Shown here: one piece after another, positions 27,424-38,132 of the stretch
Position numbering within the stretch: the stretch's first letter is position 1
How the letters are laid out: each line of letters begins with the position of its first letter
NCBI GenBank assembly: GCA_905478165.1
Contig: CAJQHK010000010.1
Location: 789-64,788 of the forward strand
From: an uncultured Rickettsiales bacterium
GTDB lineage: Bacteria > Pseudomonadota > Alphaproteobacteria > Rickettsiales > UBA1997
Reading direction: 5' to 3'
Length of the DNA stretch: 64,000 bases
Translations under genes and position numbers: made by a program
Notes under the pieces: generated by a model
The model's database searches: none
Seen by the model: only the letters and a program-made list of their open reading frames with translations
What the model was told of the DNA's origin: nothing

Positions 27424-27553
27424 AACGCTAAATTCAAGTACTAAATGCAATAAAACATATCATTTTTAAACCAAAGAATTTGATGCTAATTTTAGCTTCT
27501 CATTTCAAGCTTGATTAGGAGTTTTATTCAAATTAGTGGTTGAATTTAGCGTA
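27424..27553 (+). repeat. Family B repeat, copy B2 (complete MITE-like unit with terminal inverted repeats)
   Basis: The left end acgctaaattcaagtacta and the right end tagtggttgaatttagcgt match at 16 of 19 positions as inverted repeats. The centre is aaaccaaagaatttgatgctaatttt. It fills the whole spacer between two convergent genes. Confidence 0.75.
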
Positions 27554-28507
27554 TTACCTATATTTTTTATCAGTAAGTAACTTTAATAACGCCATTCTAA
27601 TAAAAAGAGAGTTTTGAGCCTGAATAAAGTACTTAGCTTGAGGAAGAGAATCAACCTCAATATCAATTTCATCGATACGAGGTAAAGGATGCATTATTGA
27701 TAAATCTTTTTTAGCTCCTTGTAGTAAGTTTTTATTGATTTGATATTTATTGCTAACAACTTCATATTCTTTCTCATCTTCAAACCTTTCTTTTTGAATT
27801 CTAGTTACATACAAGATATCAAGATCTTTAATAGTATTTTTTAAATCTTCGGTTTCAACAATTTTACCATTTATTTTTTCAATAGCCACCCTTCTTTCTG
27901 ATGAAATCTGTGATAATTTATGAGAAATAAGGTAAAACTTATTATTAGGATAAAGATTAAGTAGCTTAACTAAAGAATAAACTGTCCTACCATACTTTAA
28001 ATCTCCAACAAAGCCAATATTCAGATTATCTAATCTTTTTTTATCTTGTTTTATAGTAAAAAGATCGGTCAGAGATTGTGTTGGATGCTCGTTTGAACCA
28101 TCCCCACCATTAATTACTGGAATATGACAATTTTTAGAGAATTCTAAGGCGCTATCATTTTTAGAGTGACGAATAATAACTAGATCAGCATAATTGCCAA
28201 TAATTCTTCCCATATCAGAAAGTGATTCACCTTTTTTTGCTGAAGATGATAGCCCGTTTTCTAGAGAGATAATATTACCACCAAGTCGCATCATCGCACC
28301 TTCAAAAGAAAATCTGGTTCGACTACTAGGTTCAAAAAATAAAGTAGCCAGAATTACTCCCTCAAGATCATGATATTTTTTAATTTTATTATTTTCTAAA
28401 TCTCTTTGATAGTTTGTTGATAAGTCAAATATTAAGTCAATATCATTGCGATTAATCTGATTGGCACTAATTAAATTTTGAAAAGAGATTTTATCCATGA
28501 TTTTCAA
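27554..28507 (-). CDS. pyrB: aspartate carbamoyltransferase catalytic subunit
   Basis: 317 aa with the SSRTRFSFE and HPLPR motifs. Its start overlaps the carB stop by 17 nt. Confidence 0.93.
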   Translation of the reverse strand: MKIMDKISFQNLISANQINRNDIDLIFDLSTNYQRDLENNKIKKYHDLEGVILATLFFEPSSRTRFSFEGAMMRLGGNIISLENGLSSSAKKGESLSDMGRIIGNYADLVIIRHSKNDSALEFSKNCHIPVINGGDGSNEHPTQSLTDLFTIKQDKKRLDNLNIGFVGDLKYGRTVYSLVKLLNLYPNNKFYLISHKLSQISSERRVAIEKINGKIVETEDLKNTIKDLDILYVTRIQKERFEDEKEYEVVSNKYQINKNLLQGAKKDLSIMHPLPRIDEIDIEVDSLPQAKYFIQAQNSLFIRMALLKLLTDKKYR

Positions 28508-31500
28508 CCTTACTATTAGAGTAATTTGCCATATCTTGCAAACAAATTATATCAAATTTACCATCATTTTGATAAATTTTTCTGATTGATTTTGAGATGT
28601 ATCTGGCAGCATTTATAGTTGTAAAACAAAAAACCTGATTCATTAACATAGCACGCCTAAGACCGAATGATCTAGTGATGGAAATAGAATCTGATGAAGT
28701 ATTGATAGCTAAGCTTATTTTACCTTCATTAGCCAAGTCAACCACATTATAACCACCTTCACTCTCTTTTTTAACTCTGGTTACATCTGCTAAACCTTCT
28801 AATGTTAAGAATTTTTCAGTATTAATTGTAGCATAAATTTTATAACCGCATTCTTGAAGATTTTTTACAATCTCGATCATCTCTAAAGTTTTATCCTTCT
28901 CCTTAACCGAAATCAGAGCACCACCTTTTTCAAGAATTTTTGTACTTACTCCTAATTGTGCTTTAAAAAAAGCAATTTCAAAATCCTTGTCAACACCCAT
29001 TACTTCGCCAGTTGATTTCATTTCTGGCCCAAGAAGAATGTCAGTATTAGAAAACCTAACAAAAGGGAAAACTACCTCCTTTACTGAATAATATTTTTCA
29101 CTATAATTTTTTACCTTATCTAATGCAAATTCTGACAATTTATGACCAACCATTAAAAGTGAGGCAATTTTAATAATATTAATCCCAGTTGCTTTAGCTA
29201 CAAAAGGAGCGGTCCTTGAAGCTCTTGGGTTAACTTCAATAATATAGAGTTGATTGTCCTTGATAGCATATTGCACATTCATCAACCCACAAACACCAAT
29301 TTCCTTAGCTAGTGTAGTTGCGCTTTTTTTAATTTGCTGAATCTGATCTTGAGTTAAAGAAAATGGCGGTAGGCAACAGGCGGAGTCACCAGAATGAATT
29401 CCAGCCTCTTCAATATGCTGCATAATACCAACAATTTCTACATCCTTTCCATCGCTTAAGGCATCGACATCAATCTCAATAGCGTTTTCCAAGAATTTAT
29501 CAATTAAAATTGGACCATCTAAAATAACAGACTTATTATACTTAATATATTTATATAAAGATTCTTTATTATAAATAATTTCCATAGCTCTGCCACCAAG
29601 AACATTACTTGGGCGAATTACAATTGGATAGCCAATCTTATCAACCGACTTCTCAATATCTTTTAATTTATGACAAATATCATTCTCGGGCTGAATAAAA
29701 TTAATTTTATGAAGTAATCGTTGGAATCTTTCACGATCTTCGGCCAAATCAATCTTGTCAAAAGTAGTGCCAATGATTGGTAAATTAAATTTACTAAGAT
29801 ATTTTGCTAATTTTAAAGCAGTTTGACCACCAAATTGTACTATTACACCAAGTAGCTCACCCTTTTCCTGCTCTCTTCTAACAATCTCTAAAACATATTC
29901 TGCAGTCATTGGTTCAAAATATAACCTATCAGAAGTATCGTAATCAGTTGAAACAGTTTCTGGATTACAATTGATCATAATAGTTTCAAAACCAGCCTCT
30001 GACAAAGTAAAACAAGCATGAACGCAGGCATAATCAAATTCAATACCTTGTCCAATTCTATTTGGACCTCCACCCAAAATAATAACTTTCTTTTTATCAG
30101 AAATTTCCGCCTCACACTCAGCTTCAGTTAGATGATCGCCCTCATAGCAAGAATACATATATTTAGTGAAGGATTTAAACTCAGCAGAGCAGGTATCAAT
30201 CCTCTTAAAGACCGGCTTAACTCCTAATTCTGAACGCAAATCCGCAATCTCAAACTCGTCCCTATTGGTTAATTTTGCCAATCTTGAATCTGAAAAACCT
30301 AGTTTTTTTAATTTTAATAATTCAGCCTTATCAGTCTTAATGCCACTTCTTTTAATCCTCTCCTCTTCCTTAATAATTTTAGCAATCTGTGACACAAACC
30401 ACTTATCATAGTAAGTAATTTGACAAACTTCTTCAATAGAAATTTTATATCTGAGGGCGTGAGCGATTAACAAAATTCTGTTTGGACTAAATAACTTCAA
30501 CTTCTTTTTAATAATTTGCTGATTTTCTTTTAGGGAATTTTCATCAGTCACACCTTCTATCTCAACCTCAGCAAATCCATCTAAACCAATTTCCATTGAA
30601 CAAAGCGCTTTTTGAATTGATTCGGCAAAATTTCTACCAATTGCCATCGCCTCACCAACCGACCTCATGGCACTTGAAAGGATTGGGTTGGCATCTTGGA
30701 ACTTTTCAAAAGTAAATCTTGGAACCTTAGTGACAATATAGTCAATTGTTGGCTCAAAAGAAGCTGGAGTAACTTTAGTTATGTCATTCTGAATTTCATC
30801 CAAACCATAACCAACAGCAAGCAATGCTGCAACTTTAGCAATTGGAAATCCGGTTGCTTTGGAAGCAAGAGCAGAAGATCTAGAAACTCTAGGATTCATC
30901 TCAATAACTACTAAGCGACCATTATCTGGATTAACAGCAAATTGCACATTAGAACCTCCAGTTTCAACTCCAATTTCCCTGATAACAGCAATTGAAGCAT
31001 TTCGCATTTGTTGATATTCCTTATCCGTTAAAGTTAAGGCCGGAGCAACCGTAATAGAATCTCCAGTATGAATTCCCATAGGGTCAATATTTTCAATAGA
31101 GCAAATAATAATAGCATTATCTTTACTATCCCTAACTACCTCCATCTCATACTCTTTCCAACCTATAATTGATTCATCAATTTGTACCCTACCAACAGGC
31201 GATAAACTCAGGCCGTTTTTAACAATTTCTTCGAGCTCTTTTATGGTTTCAGCAATACCACCACCACTACCACCAAGGGTAAAAGAAGGTCGAATAATTG
31301 CTGGCAACCCAATTTCTTTTATCACCTCCAAAGCCTGCTCTATAGAACTAATCACAGCATTTTTTGGCACTTCAAGGCCAATTTTAGCCATGGCTTTATT
31401 AAATAATTCACGATCTTCAGCTTTTCTAATAGCTTTTGAATCAGCGCCAATCATTTTCACACCATATTTTTCTAGGACTCCATTCGCTTCTAAAGATAGA

Positions 31501-31796
31501 GCGCAATTAAGAGCTGTTTGACCACCAACAGTTGGTAAAATTGCATCAGGTCTTTCTTTGATGATGATTTTTTCAACTACTTCTGGGGTAATTGGCTCAA
31601 TATAGGTACGATCAGCAGTTTGCTGATCTGTCATGATAGTTGCCGGATTAGAATTAATTAGAATAGTTTTGTAACCCTCATCTTTTAAAGCCCTGCAGGC
31701 TTGAGTTCCAGAATAATCAAATTCACAAGCCTGACCAATAACAATTGGCCCAGCACCAATGATCAAAATTGATTTTATTTCAGTATTTTTTGGCAT
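28491..31796 (-). CDS. carB: carbamoyl-phosphate synthase large subunit
   Basis: 1101 aa with duplicated ATP-grasp halves, an oligomerisation domain and an MGS-like C-terminal domain. The sequence is highly conserved. Confidence 0.97.
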   Translation of the reverse strand: MPKNTEIKSILIIGAGPIVIGQACEFDYSGTQACRALKDEGYKTILINSNPATIMTDQQTADRTYIEPITPEVVEKIIIKERPDAILPTVGGQTALNCALSLEANGVLEKYGVKMIGADSKAIRKAEDRELFNKAMAKIGLEVPKNAVISSIEQALEVIKEIGLPAIIRPSFTLGGSGGGIAETIKELEEIVKNGLSLSPVGRVQIDESIIGWKEYEMEVVRDSKDNAIIICSIENIDPMGIHTGDSITVAPALTLTDKEYQQMRNASIAVIREIGVETGGSNVQFAVNPDNGRLVVIEMNPRVSRSSALASKATGFPIAKVAALLAVGYGLDEIQNDITKVTPASFEPTIDYIVTKVPRFTFEKFQDANPILSSAMRSVGEAMAIGRNFAESIQKALCSMEIGLDGFAEVEIEGVTDENSLKENQQIIKKKLKLFSPNRILLIAHALRYKISIEEVCQITYYDKWFVSQIAKIIKEEERIKRSGIKTDKAELLKLKKLGFSDSRLAKLTNRDEFEIADLRSELGVKPVFKRIDTCSAEFKSFTKYMYSCYEGDHLTEAECEAEISDKKKVIILGGGPNRIGQGIEFDYACVHACFTLSEAGFETIMINCNPETVSTDYDTSDRLYFEPMTAEYVLEIVRREQEKGELLGVIVQFGGQTALKLAKYLSKFNLPIIGTTFDKIDLAEDRERFQRLLHKINFIQPENDICHKLKDIEKSVDKIGYPIVIRPSNVLGGRAMEIIYNKESLYKYIKYNKSVILDGPILIDKFLENAIEIDVDALSDGKDVEIVGIMQHIEEAGIHSGDSACCLPPFSLTQDQIQQIKKSATTLAKEIGVCGLMNVQYAIKDNQLYIIEVNPRASRTAPFVAKATGINIIKIASLLMVGHKLSEFALDKVKNYSEKYYSVKEVVFPFVRFSNTDILLGPEMKSTGEVMGVDKDFEIAFFKAQLGVSTKILEKGGALISVKEKDKTLEMIEIVKNLQECGYKIYATINTEKFLTLEGLADVTRVKKESEGGYNVVDLANEGKISLAINTSSDSISITRSFGLRRAMLMNQVFCFTTINAARYISKSIRKIYQNDGKFDIICLQDMANYSNSKVENHG

Positions 31797-31830
31797 CTGA
31801 TTTATAATTTTTTATTAACTAATGTGTAAA

Positions 31831-32997
31831 TTACATATTGGTTAATATATTTTGTTTAAATTTATCGAATAAATATCTACTATCATGAGGGCCTGGAGAG
31901 CTTTCTGGATGATACTGAACTGAAAATATTGGTTGGTTTTTCAACTCAATACCCTGGATTGTTTGGTCAAAAAGAGAGATATGAGTTACCTCTACATTTT
32001 CTGGAATGCTATCCTTAGAAGCGCAAAAGCCATGATTTTGACTGGTAATTTCAACAAGATTGTTCTGCAAATTTTTAACCGGATGATTGGCGCCCCTATG
32101 ACCTTGGTGCATTTTAATAGTTGAAAGTCCAGATGCTATACAAAGTAATTGGTGACCCATACAAATACCAAAAATTGGCACATTATCGGCAAGTAATTTT
32201 TTAATTACAGGAACCGCATATTCTGAAGTTTTAATTGGATCTGCAGGGCCGTTAGAAAGAAAAATTCCATCAAAATCAGTAGCAATAATTTCTTCATAAG
32301 AAGCAGTCGCTGGTAAAATAGTTAGATCGAAATTTTGCTCAGCAAGACATCTTAAAATGCTCTCCTTAATACCATAATCAATAATTGTAACCTTATACTT
32401 TTTTTGATCAGGATTAATTGTGAAGTATTTTAATTCCAACAGATCGTATAATTTTTGATCCCAGAAATATTTTTTTCTAGTTGTAACTTCAGAAGCAAGG
32501 TCAACATTTTTTAAAGTTGGAAGATCGATAATTTTAGAAATTAATTTATCAGTATCGATTTCTTCACCGATTTTAGTAAAAAATATAATGGAATTTCTAG
32601 CACCCTTGTCGCGAATATTTTTGGTTAATCTACGAGTGTCAACATTACAAATAGCAGTAAGATTATTTTTACAAAGCCACTTATTAAGGTTAATGTTACT
32701 TCTAAAATTTGAGTCTTCGGTAATTTCATCACGAATTACCAAGCCTTTACAATGCGGTTTTGACGATTCATTATCAACGTCATTACAGCCAACATTGCCA
32801 ATATGAGGGAAGGTAAAGGTAATAATTTGACCAGCATAAGATGGGTCAGTCAAAATTTCTTGATAACCGGTAACAGAAGTGTTGAAACAAATTTCACCAA
32901 TAGTCTCGCCACGAGAACCGGCGCCTTTTCCGAAAAAAAAACTACCATCAGATAAACAAATGACGGCATTTATATTTTCATCAGCTATTATTTTCAT
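31831..32997 (-). CDS. carA: carbamoyl-phosphate synthase small (glutaminase) subunit
   Basis: 388 aa with GATase class I GICMGHQLL and HRGANHPV blocks. It lies immediately upstream of carB. Confidence 0.95.
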   Translation of the reverse strand: MKIIADENINAVICLSDGSFFFGKGAGSRGETIGEICFNTSVTGYQEILTDPSYAGQIITFTFPHIGNVGCNDVDNESSKPHCKGLVIRDEITEDSNFRSNINLNKWLCKNNLTAICNVDTRRLTKNIRDKGARNSIIFFTKIGEEIDTDKLISKIIDLPTLKNVDLASEVTTRKKYFWDQKLYDLLELKYFTINPDQKKYKVTIIDYGIKESILRCLAEQNFDLTILPATASYEEIIATDFDGIFLSNGPADPIKTSEYAVPVIKKLLADNVPIFGICMGHQLLCIASGLSTIKMHQGHRGANHPVKNLQNNLVEITSQNHGFCASKDSIPENVEVTHISLFDQTIQGIELKNQPIFSVQYHPESSPGPHDSRYLFDKFKQNILTNM

Positions 32998-33325
32998 CAG
33001 CTATTATAAGTAATCAGATTGTTAAATTTTCTAGAATGATTGTAGGTATAATAGATATGTTAGTCAAGAGATAGAGCTGGAAATAATTTAGGAAAATTTC
33101 ATAGTTAATTTGCTATTTTGAACTAAATGTCAACAGTTCAGATACTCAGAGAAAAGAGTATAATTATATTATAATAGGTAATGTGCTTTTTGTTGGTAGC
33201 TTATTAATTTGGTTGAGAGACTTTATATTCAATAATTTTTTTATGCATTTCAACGTGGCTATTTAAATCTTGGAAAAAGAAATTGTTAAACATAGGTAAT
33301 ATGTAGTATAAATTCTGAATTGTAA

Positions 33326-33628
33326 TTATCGACAATATAGATCTAAACACATAGGAAGTAAAATAAATGGAAGCATATTACAAGAGAATATCTTTCTATA
33401 TTTAACAATTTTATTATTTTTTTTAACTAAACATCTTTTTGACCACCTATTTAGGGAAAAGCAAATAAAGAATGGAAGTGCAACAGAAGTAACGGAACTA
33501 ACTAAAAACAGAAAAATAATAGCTATTCTTATTATGATTTTTAAATATTCTACATTGTGGATATAGACGTAACCAAGAAAAATTGAAAGAAAAAATATAG
33601 CAATTGATAGTGCAAAAACAGTAAACAT
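33326..33628 (-). CDS. questionable small hydrophobic ORF
   Basis: 100 aa, Phe/Ile/Leu-rich as expected from AT-rich DNA, with no recognisable motif, in a gene-poor tract. Confidence 0.2.
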   Translation of the reverse strand: MFTVFALSIAIFFLSIFLGYVYIHNVEYLKIIIRIAIIFLFLVSSVTSVALPFFICFSLNRWSKRCLVKKNNKIVKYRKIFSCNMLPFILLPMCLDLYCR

Positions 33629-33874
33629 TAGAAAAACATTCTTACCTCTCTATGTCGCCCATTATGATTAGATAGCAGATTTTATTATGTTTGTTTTCTG
33701 CTTTTCATAACATCCTGATTTGATCTTTTGACCTATCCTTAATATTTTATTAAAGTCTAAAACTGTATCACAAAAGAAGCCTATAATTCTTAATCAAAGC
33801 TGTTTTTTCCCTCTAGCATTTTAAAAAATGCTAGAAATATAATTATGTTAACGAGCCTCTTTTACAGATCCAGA

Positions 33875-34930
33875 TTAGTCAATTTCTAAAATTGTTGAAA
33901 CTAATTTTTCAGAAACTTGATAAGGGCAAGCATTGGCGCCAGGTCTTCTATCTTCTAAATAACCGCAACCATCAATGTCAACTTGACGAGGAATCCTAAT
34001 AGAACAACCTCTGTCAGCAACTCCAGCCTTGAACTCATCAATACCACAAGTTTCGTGATCACCAGTAAGTCTCTGATCTAAGCCATGCCCGTAAACGGCA
34101 ATATGCTCTCTATGTTTTTTACTAAGATTGTCAATAGCTTTGCTGATCGCTTCTCTACCAGTCACAGTATTCCTAAATTCATTAATAGAAAAATTAGTAT
34201 GCATGCCTGCACCGTTCCAATCTCCTTTCATTGGTTTATTGCTAATTGAAGCATCGATGTCATAATCCTCACCAAGACGATAGATTAACCACCTAGCAAA
34301 CCATAAATGGTCGCAAACATTAATCACTGAATTATCCTCATCCTCGTTACCTCTGTATCCAATTTGAAACTCCCACTGACCAGGCATAACTTCGGCATTA
34401 GTGCCATAAATTAGAATACCCGCCTCAATACAAACCTCAGTATGCTCTTCAACTAATTGTCTACCATAAACAGAATCATTACCGACGCCACAATAATAAG
34501 GGCCTTGTGGAGCAGGAAAACCTCTAGTTGGCCAACCAAGTGGAATGCCGTCTCTATATAAGGTATATTCCTGTTCAAAACCAACCCAAGGATTATGCTT
34601 GGCACCACCAGCATCTAAAACCCTTCTAAGTCCAGCACGAGTATTGCTCCAATGTGGAGTGCCATCAGGATTCTCAACTTCACACAGAACCAAATAATTC
34701 CCCTCTCCTCTAATTGGATCCTTAACAAAATTCACGGGTCTAAGTAAAAGATCGGAATTACCACCTTGAGATTGATTGGTAGAAGAGCCATCAAAACTCC
34801 ATTCTGGAAAATCTGATAATTTTACATTATCTGGATCTTTAAAAATTGTAATTCTAGTTTTTGATCTAATTTTTTGTACTGGCTTAGCGCCGTCAACCCA
34901 AAGATATTCTGCTTGCTTAATTTTTGACAT
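33875..34930 (-). CDS. glnII: glutamine synthetase type II (eukaryote-like GSII)
   Basis: 351 aa. The N-terminus (EYLWVDG...FPEWSFDGSSTNQ) and the length match GlnII of rhizobia and eukaryotic GS, not the roughly 470-aa GSI. Confidence 0.9.
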   Translation of the reverse strand: MSKIKQAEYLWVDGAKPVQKIRSKTRITIFKDPDNVKLSDFPEWSFDGSSTNQSQGGNSDLLLRPVNFVKDPIRGEGNYLVLCEVENPDGTPHWSNTRAGLRRVLDAGGAKHNPWVGFEQEYTLYRDGIPLGWPTRGFPAPQGPYYCGVGNDSVYGRQLVEEHTEVCIEAGILIYGTNAEVMPGQWEFQIGYRGNEDEDNSVINVCDHLWFARWLIYRLGEDYDIDASISNKPMKGDWNGAGMHTNFSINEFRNTVTGREAISKAIDNLSKKHREHIAVYGHGLDQRLTGDHETCGIDEFKAGVADRGCSIRIPRQVDIDGCGYLEDRRPGANACPYQVSEKLVSTILEID

Positions 34931-35131
34931 ATTGACAATATATTGATTAATATACTCTATGAACCTTTTACCCTAAGGATTCCATCATTGAATTATATAA
35001 TTTTAATATGAAAAATCAATATTAAATAATGAATTACATCTGGCTATTGCTAATTGTTAGTTTTTTTATTGTAATTTTTATAATTATTATGAATCTATTT
35101 AGTCATAATAAATTTTCTGACAAAAAATTCG

Positions 35132-37261
35132 ATGACCAACCTTAATAATCAGCAAGAACAGGCGGTAAAAAATATTGATGGCCCGTTATTAGTTTTAGCT
35201 GGGGCTGGAACTGGAAAAACCAAAATTATTACTGAAAGAATTATTTATATTTTAGACTCTTTTGCCGCAAGAGCTGATGAAATTCTAGCCGTCACCTTCA
35301 CCAATAAGGCGGCAAGCGAAATGAAATATCGTATTTCTGAAAAAATTGGCGAAGAAACAAACAATCTTTGGCTCGGAACTTTTCATAGAATTGCTAGCAG
35401 AATTCTCAAAAGATATCCAGAATATTATGATCTTGATGAAAATTTTACCATAATTGATACAAATGATTCTAACAGAATTATTAAAAAAATTCTTGACGAA
35501 CTTCATATTGACCAAAAAGAATCTCCAGCTAAAAATTATCTTTGGCAAATTTCTCTATGTAAAGATCGTAATATTTTACCACAAAATTGTCAAAACCAAC
35601 ATTTTGACCTACCAAATTTTGCCAAAATATATGGAAATTATCAAAGACAATTAAAAAATCTTAATTTTGCTGATTTTGGCGATCTTTTGCTTTCAAATTT
35701 AATTATTTTCCAGAAAAAACCAGATATTCTGGAATATTATCAAAATAAGTTTAAATATGTTTTGGTTGATGAATATCAAGATAGCAATAATATTCAATAT
35801 ATGTGGCTTAAAAGTTTAGCAGCAAAATATAAAAATATCTGCTGTGTTGGAGATGATGACCAGTCAATCTATTCTTGGCGTGGTGCGGAAATTGGCAACA
35901 TCTTAAATTATAAAAAAGACTACCCCGATGCAAAAACTATTCGTTTGGAACAAAATTATCGCTCAAAAAATAATATTCTTAAAGCTGCATCTCATGTAAT
36001 TTCTTTTAATTCTAAGAGGCATGAAAAAACTCTTTTCAGTGACCAAGAGGATGGGCAAAAAATTGCTATTGGTAATTTTTATAATGATCGTGAGGAAGCT
36101 TTAAATGTCGCAAACCAAATTAAAAAATTAGTTAAAGAAGGGGGGTCACACAAGGATGCGGCAATCTTAGTGCGTGCCGGCTATCAAACTCGCTCCTTTG
36201 AGGATATTTTTATACAATTATCCCTGCCTTATCAAATTATTGGCGGCCTAAAATTCTTTGAAAGGCGGGAAATTAAAGATTTAATTTCTTATCTACAATT
36301 AATTACCAACAAGAATAATAACTTAGCTCTTGAGCGAGTGATTAACTTACCAAAAAGAGGAATTGGCAAAGCTACAATCGACAAATTATCGCAAAAAGCT
36401 TTCGACTCAAACTCATCAATTTTTAATGCGATTTTTAAGTGCGATGTTGATAAGGTTTTTAGCGCTAAAATTAATCAAAAATTATTAGATTTTGGGCAAA
36501 AAATTTCCTCTTGGACTGAGTCGTACAAAGAAGGTCAAGATCTCTCAGAACTATTAACTCAAATTTGTGAAGAATCGGGATATCTTCAGATGTGGCAAAA
36601 TGACAATAGTTACGAAGCTAAGGGTCGAATTGAAAATATTAAGGAATTTCAAAAATCCATTGGTGAATTTAAAAATTTACAACAATTCCTAGATCACATC
36701 AGTTTAGTTTCAAACAGTGATAATGCTGATAATTTTTCTGATAAAATTAATATTATGACTATTCATGCCGCTAAAGGCTTGGAATTTAAAAATATTTTTA
36801 TTCCAGGTCTTGAGGATGGAGTTTTTCCAAGCTCAAAATCTATGGAGGAAGGTGGCTTAGAAGAAGAGAGAAGATTATTTTACGTAGCAATTACAAGAGC
36901 CAAAGAAATGGTTTTTATGAGCTCTGCTAAAACTCGTTTTGTTTTTGGATCTTATCAAAATTCTATAATTTCAAGATTTTTAAGCGAATTGCCGAGTGAT
37001 ATTTGCGACTTCAATGATAATTCTTTTGAGAATTATGACTTTTTAAACCAAAATTCAGACAATTTTACACACCACAATACAAGTGTTTCTAGCTTTCCTC
37101 AAAAAGAAAAGTTTTTAGATCAAGATCTTAAAGGAAAGAGGGTTTTTCATCAAAAATTTGGCTATGGTTACGTCATTTCTCAAGATGATAAAAAATTTGA
37201 GATAAATTTCCAAAAGACAGGAATAAAATTAATTATGAAGCAGTTTGTCGAAGTTTGTTGA
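35132..37261 (+). CDS. uvrD: ATP-dependent DNA helicase, UvrD/Rep/PcrA family
   Basis: 709 aa with Walker A GAGTGKT, motif II DEYQDSN, TIHAAKGLEF and a UvrD-type C-terminal FHQKFGYGYV domain. Confidence 0.88.
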   Translation: MTNLNNQQEQAVKNIDGPLLVLAGAGTGKTKIITERIIYILDSFAARADEILAVTFTNKAASEMKYRISEKIGEETNNLWLGTFHRIASRILKRYPEYYDLDENFTIIDTNDSNRIIKKILDELHIDQKESPAKNYLWQISLCKDRNILPQNCQNQHFDLPNFAKIYGNYQRQLKNLNFADFGDLLLSNLIIFQKKPDILEYYQNKFKYVLVDEYQDSNNIQYMWLKSLAAKYKNICCVGDDDQSIYSWRGAEIGNILNYKKDYPDAKTIRLEQNYRSKNNILKAASHVISFNSKRHEKTLFSDQEDGQKIAIGNFYNDREEALNVANQIKKLVKEGGSHKDAAILVRAGYQTRSFEDIFIQLSLPYQIIGGLKFFERREIKDLISYLQLITNKNNNLALERVINLPKRGIGKATIDKLSQKAFDSNSSIFNAIFKCDVDKVFSAKINQKLLDFGQKISSWTESYKEGQDLSELLTQICEESGYLQMWQNDNSYEAKGRIENIKEFQKSIGEFKNLQQFLDHISLVSNSDNADNFSDKINIMTIHAAKGLEFKNIFIPGLEDGVFPSSKSMEEGGLEEERRLFYVAITRAKEMVFMSSAKTRFVFGSYQNSIISRFLSELPSDICDFNDNSFENYDFLNQNSDNFTHHNTSVSSFPQKEKFLDQDLKGKRVFHQKFGYGYVISQDDKKFEINFQKTGIKLIMKQFVEVC

Positions 37262-37540
37262 TGTTGCTCCTCTAAATTCAATAAATTTCTTAAAATCTTT
37301 TATACTGCTTTTTCTTCCGGTCTTTACATTCTTTATCGGCTTGACATCTTTTGTTGATTTGTAAATTGCTATCCACCTGTCAATCGTAGGAATTGATACT
37401 TGGAATAGATCGGAAACATATTTTCTTTTTTTACCGTCATTTATTAAATTGATAACTATAACTCTTTTACGCAAATCGTAATCATATGGTTTAGGCATTG
37501 TTTTTGCCTAATTATGAAAGAAGTTTAGCTAAATACTGTA
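37229..37540 (-). mobile_element. IS630/Tc1-mariner-type insertion sequence relic (left end plus transposase N-terminus only)
   Basis: The 89-aa ORF MPKPYDYDLRKRVI...SIPTIDRWIAIYK looks like the HTH N-terminus of IS630-family transposases as I recall them. No DDE domain follows. On the minus strand the outer end reads TA-CAGTATTTAGC (about 37540-37528), a Tc1/IS630-style terminus beside a TA. The ORF tail overlaps the last 11 codons of uvrD. Confidence 0.6.
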
Positions 37541-37547
37541 ATTATAT

Positions 37548-37576
37548 TTGCAACGAATTAAAAATTATGATATACT
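37548..37576 (+). promoter_or_regulatory. sigma70-type promoter with extended -10 (TTGCAA-N17-TATACT, TG at -15/-14)
   Basis: ttgcaa cgaattaaaaattatga tatact lies 35 nt upstream of the ATG at 37611. It is a paralogue of the cassette at 21771-21799. Confidence 0.45.
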
Positions 37577-37610
37577 AATTTAAGTAATATCAATTAATGT
37601 AAAGTCAAAA

Positions 37611-38132
37611 ATGGGAAACTGTCCAACAAGATCACAAATAGCTACTATTCAAATGAAAGAAGGAGAATATAGAGGTGAATATAAAACAGGAACGGGATAT
37701 AATCATGGTCGTGGTAGGGTAACTGATGATACAAAAATACCATACGGAAAGGGGTCTCTTAAACTTAATGGGCATACTACTATATCACAAATAGATGGGG
37801 TGTTTGGTAGTGATGGCACTATCTCTGAAGAAGAAGCAACCATATATCTTGTATCTGGAGAAAGTTTTACAGGGGTGGTTAGGAAGACTACGAATGGTTA
37901 CGAAGCAGAAGCAAAACCTAGTAGCCATAACGCCAGTGTAAATGATGAAGAAATATCACAACCTTCAGCAGGACAAGGTGAAGACGACTGGAAAAAAAAG
38001 GGAGAAGAGTTGGCGCAACAACAAGAAAGGAAGCGTGCAAAGCAGGAAAGTATCGATCAGAGAATAGCTTATGAACAAGCAAAACAACATCTTCAAAAGA
38101 ATAGCGCAAAACACCGCAGAGAGGTAATTTAA
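37611..38132 (+). CDS. hypothetical effector-like protein starting MGNCPT (frame continues after the TAA to 38276)
   Basis: 173 aa and visibly GC-richer. The N-terminus MGNCPTRS fits the G-{EDRKHPFYW}-x(2)-[STAGCN]-{P} myristoylation pattern and adds Cys4. It has Gly-rich MORN-like repeats (YRGEYKTGTGYNHGRGRV) and an acidic/basic coiled C-terminal part. A further 47 stop-free codons follow in the same frame after the TAA at 38130-32. Confidence 0.6.
   Translation: MGNCPTRSQIATIQMKEGEYRGEYKTGTGYNHGRGRVTDDTKIPYGKGSLKLNGHTTISQIDGVFGSDGTISEEEATIYLVSGESFTGVVRKTTNGYEAEAKPSSHNASVNDEEISQPSAGQGEDDWKKKGEELAQQQERKRAKQESIDQRIAYEQAKQHLQKNSAKHRREVI

Noticed and set aside
33812-33835. The palindrome tctagcatttt-aa-aaaatgctaga downstream of glnII as an intrinsic terminator.
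   Set aside because: The stem is almost entirely A/T with a 2-nt loop, and no U-run follows on the glnII (minus) strand. It is too weak to call.
35029-35145. A 38-codon hydrophobic ORF (MNYIWLLLIVSFFIVIFIIIMNLFSHNKFSDKKFDDQP) overlapping the uvrD start.
   Set aside because: T-rich DNA translates into Phe/Ile/Leu strings by chance. There is no SD sequence and no conservation evidence.
18807-38132. Stop-codon reassignment (TAA read as sense) as the explanation for the in-frame TAAs.
   Set aside because: Conserved housekeeping genes in the window terminate at their expected lengths, many of them with TAA. Reassignment is therefore incompatible with the rest of the window.
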